Source: an uncultured Ignavibacteriales bacterium
GTDB taxonomy: Bacteria; Zixibacteria; MSB-5A5; GN15; FEB-12
DNA: 64,000 nucleotides
NCBI GenBank assembly: GCA_964396245.1
Contig: CAYNEO010000011.1
Span: 410 to 64,409 of the forward strand
Reading direction: 5' to 3'
The position numbers and the translations under genes are program-made. Of the stretch, positions 59,743 through 64,000 are shown one piece after another (position 1 is the first letter of the stretch; each line of letters opens with the position of its first letter). The notes under the pieces are model-generated. The model had not been told where the DNA came from. It searched no databases and was given only the letters and a program-made list of their open reading frames with translations.

Positions 59743-60419
59743 ACGGCGCCCGGAAAGTTCTGCTGATTGTCGGCAGTGCGAAACTCCAGCAGAGTACGTC
59801 GGAAGTACTCGGCAGCTACCTTCTTGACAAGCTCGTACGGAGAGGCTGGCAATCCGAAACTCGCTATGCGCACAAGACGATTCGACCGGGAGAAGCGCGA
59901 TCCGCAGTGCTGGCATCGGTAGACGAAGCCGATCTCGTGATTCTCGCCGCTCCGTTGTTTGTCGATGCCCTGCCCTACCCGGTCACCGGTATGCTCGAGC
60001 AAATTGCCGAGAACCGAGCCGGCAGGAACACTCGGACGGACCAGTCTCTGCTGTGCATTCTCAATTGCGGTTTCCCGGAAGCTCATCAAAACGAGACGGC
60101 GATCGCGATTTGCCGTCAGTTTGCCCGTGAAACCGGTTTCGAATGGGCCGGCGGACTTGCCCTCGGCGCCGGCGAGGCAATCAACGGACGAAACTTGTTC
60201 AAAGTAAAGGGGCTGGCGCGAAACGTGATCAAGTCACTTGACCTGGCCGCACAGGCTCTTGCCGACGGTAAGCCGATTCCTCAGAAGGCTGTAGACCTTA
60301 TGGCCAAACCGCTCATGCCCAGGTGGCTGTACATTCTAATGGGGACCTCCCGCTGGAAGCGCGAGGCGAAAACACATGGCATGCACAAGAATCTTCTGGA
60401 CCGGCCGTTTGAGGAATAG
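59739..60419 (+). CDS. flavodoxin-fold NAD(P)H-dependent oxidoreductase
   Basis: VGSAK...S, APLFVDALP, NCGFPE; ATGA overlap with the upstream gene. Confidence 0.85.
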   Translation: MNGARKVLLIVGSAKLQQSTSEVLGSYLLDKLVRRGWQSETRYAHKTIRPGEARSAVLASVDEADLVILAAPLFVDALPYPVTGMLEQIAENRAGRNTRTDQSLLCILNCGFPEAHQNETAIAICRQFARETGFEWAGGLALGAGEAINGRNLFKVKGLARNVIKSLDLAAQALADGKPIPQKAVDLMAKPLMPRWLYILMGTSRWKREAKTHGMHKNLLDRPFEE

Positions 60420-60525
60420 CGCGGGAGGACCGGCAGGCCGAGCATAAGCGTGCTGTGACCTGCCTTGAATTATTGTCTGTCCGCCGGCTTTGTAACACAA
60501 TCCCCCGGCGCGCCCGGTCGCCTGA

Positions 60526-61911
60526 CTATACAGTTTGTTCACTCGTAGCTGATTTTCCGTGTGCGATTCTGGCAAAGTAAACCGGCTTGCGGTCGTCGAT
60601 GAACAACGAATTGACAGGGCCGTCCCTGAGTCCTTTCCACAGAAAACCAATCCCATTTTCCTCCAATCCCTCCCTAATTAACTGGAGAATGCCTTTCCTG
60701 TACATTGTCATAGGCTTATTCAGAAGAGTCAAGACCGTTTTGTACAGGTCCAGCATTTGAGCAGGCTTAATATAAGGATGATTAAACACCAGGTGCTTGG
60801 CATCGTAATGCCTGTAGTTGCGATCGAAAATCCCATACTTCGAATCCAATTCAACCCAGAGGGGGGTTCCGGGGAATGGGGTGATGATATTAACCCCGTG
60901 AAAGACAAATCCCAGTTGCTTGAACAGGATTGCATCCTGAATCACCTCTTCGGCATTCATACTCTGATGGCCAATCATATAGGATGTAATGCTGTACATA
61001 TACTTTTTCTCTTGAACGCGGCGTGCAAATTCAACCGTATCTTCGATCTTCTGCCGTTTGTCTATATCGTCGAGGGCACCCTGGGACATCGACTCGACCC
61101 CGATTGACGGTAATCGCAGTCCTCGTTCATACCAGTCATCCAGATAACGCAGGATCGTAGATGCCCGTGATTGCATGTACCAGTGAAATTTATAGCGCGC
61201 CAGAAGCCGTGTGAGCTGGTCCGTGAACTTGGGATTAGCGCCAAAGAGTTCATCGATGATGAAAATGTACTTGATTCTTTTTTGCAGGTAATACTGCAGG
61301 ACCCGGTCAATACTCTCGAGATTTATGGAAAACATTCGCTTGTCGAACGCCGGAGTCTGACAGAAAGTGCACCGGAACGGACAGCCACGCCAGGTATAGA
61401 GCACTCCGGCCGTGAAGTGCTTGAGGTTGCCGGGTGACAGGGCGGCGTGAAACATGATTGGCGGATGTTCGATTTCCGAGTCATGAACGTGATAACCGAA
61501 CAGCTTCGCAAGTTCGTCCTCCCCCGGTCCCAGGATGATACGATCCGCGATACTTGGCACTTTGTAATCAAGCGCGCCGTAGTTACCGGCCCAGAGCTCT
61601 TTCACTCCATGTTGATGAGCTTCTTCAGCCATTCTCACTATCTCATCTATCTCGTGCTGGTAGAAACTGAAACCGACAATATCCCATCCCTCCCTGAGTT
61701 TCGCCTGATATTCATCCCACATTGGGTATTCAAGTATTTCAACTTCCGGGACGTTTTGCTTGATGAAACGTAATCCCGGGCTGACTCTTCTGCGCATGGT
61801 TATCTTCGGACGCTTCAGGATGACTTCATCCAACAAATCCATGTAGTCATCGGCAAAGCGTCTGTAAACGGTGCACAGGAGTACTTTCGGATTGGTCGAT
61901 GTGCTTTTCAT
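60526..61911 (-). CDS. B12-binding-domain radical SAM protein
   Basis: RGCPFRCTFC (CxxxCxxC); DIVGFS, AGNYG, GPGE N-domain; TPFPGT. Confidence 0.9.
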   Translation of the reverse strand: MKSTSTNPKVLLCTVYRRFADDYMDLLDEVILKRPKITMRRRVSPGLRFIKQNVPEVEILEYPMWDEYQAKLREGWDIVGFSFYQHEIDEIVRMAEEAHQHGVKELWAGNYGALDYKVPSIADRIILGPGEDELAKLFGYHVHDSEIEHPPIMFHAALSPGNLKHFTAGVLYTWRGCPFRCTFCQTPAFDKRMFSINLESIDRVLQYYLQKRIKYIFIIDELFGANPKFTDQLTRLLARYKFHWYMQSRASTILRYLDDWYERGLRLPSIGVESMSQGALDDIDKRQKIEDTVEFARRVQEKKYMYSITSYMIGHQSMNAEEVIQDAILFKQLGFVFHGVNIITPFPGTPLWVELDSKYGIFDRNYRHYDAKHLVFNHPYIKPAQMLDLYKTVLTLLNKPMTMYRKGILQLIREGLEENGIGFLWKGLRDGPVNSLFIDDRKPVYFARIAHGKSATSEQTV

Positions 61912-62601
61912 CTTAATTCCCTCATCTCAGGACAGCTTTTCGTGTCCGCCCCTGAAGAGGCCGGCGGTGCTTGTGAAGTGCTTCCATATCACCCCCGGCA
62001 ACGAAACTTGAGCATCACGCCGGACATTTCCACCGGCGTCAGCCACGGTGATAGCACACCATCACGGCGGGATGGCCTGATACGCAATTTCAAAACTGTT
62101 CATGGTTGATTCCCCGTCAAAGACCTCCACCTGAGTTTCGACCGCATGTCATTCCGGCGGCGGAGGTCGCCATCGGTCAATACGGACATCGCGGGCAAGC
62201 CGGCGCAGAACGGCCGGGCCGTTCCTCATTCCTCCTCCCGCATTTCGCAAAGCATTTCTTCGACGTATAGCCGGATCATCCCTGGCTAATAGTCGGCATC
62301 TTCACGATCATGAATTTCATGCCCGACTAATGCCGACGTACCTACCTCCGGTAATTCGTGCACGTAGAGAATGCTCTTTCCCGAGATCATCCCTCTTTAA
62401 ATGTTTTTGATGTCGAGATTCCCCCGCCCAGGGGCATATACGAAGATGTGCTCAAAAAGATACTGGTAGGGCGGTACCGCCTGTGGCTGCAATTTCCCTG
62501 CTATTAATTTAGGGTCACACCATCCGCCCAGCAAGGGATTTTTTGGACCCATCAGGTCTAATCCCGAATCTATAGCCACAGCTGCCCCTGTAATTGATTT
62601 G

Positions 62602-63207
62602 TTATCTGCGAGTTAAAGCTGTCCGTCGGCAGACAAGCACGCCCTTGCCGACCGGCACCACCATACTATCTACCCGCACGTCCGTGCCGGCATTGCGTAC
62701 AACCTCCCCGAGCTTGTCGGCGTGACTGATCACATTGTCGGCAACGAGAAGACCTCCGGGTACGAGCCTCGGGACGACAATATCATAGAAGTCGTGATAA
62801 TCTTCCTTTTCCGCGTCGAGGAAGCAAAAGGCAATGCCATCCCGGTCCTTAAGGAGCTCCAGGGCATTACCGCGGACCAGAGTCACTCGATCCGTTACAC
62901 CGGCCAAACGAAATGTCTCGCCTGCAAGCCGCACTTTGTCCGGATCAATCTCGAAGGTTGTCACTGTGCGACCCGTTGTCCGCCCGGCCAATACTAACCA
63001 CAGCGTGGAGTAACCACCGCTGGTGCCTATCTCTATAATCTCACCATCAGGGACGCCGGCGGCCAGAATGGCGAGAAAGCGACCGGTTTCAGGAGGAATC
63101 TGCCGCATGCGTTGACTGCTCGGCGTACCATCCTTTCGGTCTCTTGTGTCTCGTTCCTCGAGCCACTTCATGCGGCTCATAATGTGAGGTTCTATATCGT
63201 GGAACAT
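62602..63207 (-). CDS. class I SAM-dependent O-methyltransferase
   Basis: [25 protein letters not shown]; GGAGGAG RBS. Confidence 0.92.
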   Translation of the reverse strand: MFHDIEPHIMSRMKWLEERDTRDRKDGTPSSQRMRQIPPETGRFLAILAAGVPDGEIIEIGTSGGYSTLWLVLAGRTTGRTVTTFEIDPDKVRLAGETFRLAGVTDRVTLVRGNALELLKDRDGIAFCFLDAEKEDYHDFYDIVVPRLVPGGLLVADNVISHADKLGEVVRNAGTDVRVDSMVVPVGKGVLVCRRTALTRR

Positions 63208-63641
63208 CGCTGTATCTCCTCCGTCTACAAATTGAATTCTATGGCATTATCCATCAGCCACCGATTACATAAAGGTAGTTTTCATCCGACTCATCGATTG
63301 AACTGGCTGCTCACTACCTATGACAGTCGATAGCTGCGTCAGTTGCAGTACCAAATACATTAACAACTCAACATATCATGATCGAGTGGATATTTACAAG
63401 AGAGATTCGGGACACTGGAAGTCTATGGCACGTATTGGTCCATGTAGCGTGTGATAGCCGGTTTGCCGGACAATTCGCTCGTTAGAGGAGCAGATTTTCG
63501 CCCGTTCCAGGAAGATAATCACGTTGAACCGGGAGAACACTCTGGTCTTGAAATAGACCTGCACAGGGACTATACTGGTATCCAGACGGAGACATGAATG
63601 CAGCCAACGTGCATTTCAGATAAGAGATCGGAAGGAGTCAC

Positions 63642-64000
63642 GTGACAGAAATCAGAAGAAGTATCGTGATTTCAGCGCCAATCGAAGCTGTCTTCCGGTA
63701 TGCCTCCAATTGGCGGAACTGGCCCAGTTTCTTCGAAGGCGTCTCCGACTTCAAACCGACGACCGCGACAACCCGTGGGAACGGAGCTCGGTACGCCTAC
63801 AAGGCTAAAATGCTTGGAATTAAGGCGTCGGTGGAGACAGAAATCACCGAGTTTATCGAAAACGGAGGCTGGGTCGGAATCGCCGCCGGGGGCATACCGC
63901 ACCGAACGCAATGGATATTCGAATCGGCGTCGGGACAGACAAGGTTCACTTTTGTCCAGACCTACCGTATCCCTATACCGGTGTTCGGGGCGCTCCTCGA
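63642..64000 (+). CDS. SRPBCC/polyketide cyclase family protein (3' truncated; absent from ORF track)
   Basis: AGGAG before GTG 63642; SIVISAPIEAVF.Y...W.NWP; frame open to window end. Confidence 0.85.
   Translation, partial: MTEIRRSIVISAPIEAVFRYASNWRNWPSFFEGVSDFKPTTATTRGNGARYAYKAKMLGIKASVETEITEFIENGGWVGIAAGGIPHRTQWIFESASGQTRFTFVQTYRIPIPVFGALL

Noticed and set aside
63426-63441. TGGCACG suggesting a sigma54 promoter
   Set aside because: No GC at the -12 position
1-64000. tRNA, rRNA, CRISPR arrays, IS elements
   Set aside because: No cloverleaf or T-loop context, regular repeat-spacer array or transposase ORF seen by eye

Overview
64-kb chromosomal window of a high-GC anaerobe-like bacterium. 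A C-terminal QNYPNPFNP secretion tail, two kinase-TolB-like-TPR proteins and deltaproteobacterial-style redox/regulatory modules suggest an FCB-related lineage such as Zixibacteria (inference). I found no rRNA, tRNA, CRISPR, transposase or integrase. About 52 CDS are supported. The most unusual locus is 11.8-17.8 kb: an excisionase-HTH/Cys-rich/receiver regulator, a degenerate macrodomain, a NarI/DsrM-like membrane subunit with only the proximal heme His pair, a DsrK/HmcF-like CCG Fe-S enzyme fused to an intact receiver domain, a cytoplasmic kinase with two 4-Cys PAS domains, and a stand-alone receiver. The intergenic DNA ahead of it holds a promoter-like segment between perfect 13-bp inverted repeats. 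A second uncharacterised module (36.9-45.1 kb) joins a HAMP kinase, three output-less receivers, a TauE/SafE exporter, a TIGR02186-like protein, a CMK-like/BON protein and a PEP-synthase-like enzyme lacking the PEP-binding barrel. The rest is peptide scavenging (S8-PKD protease, M16 heterodimer opposite a TonB receptor, DUF885-like peptidase plus POT importer) and a patchwork of accessory genes. All family calls come from motifs read by eye, not database searches.
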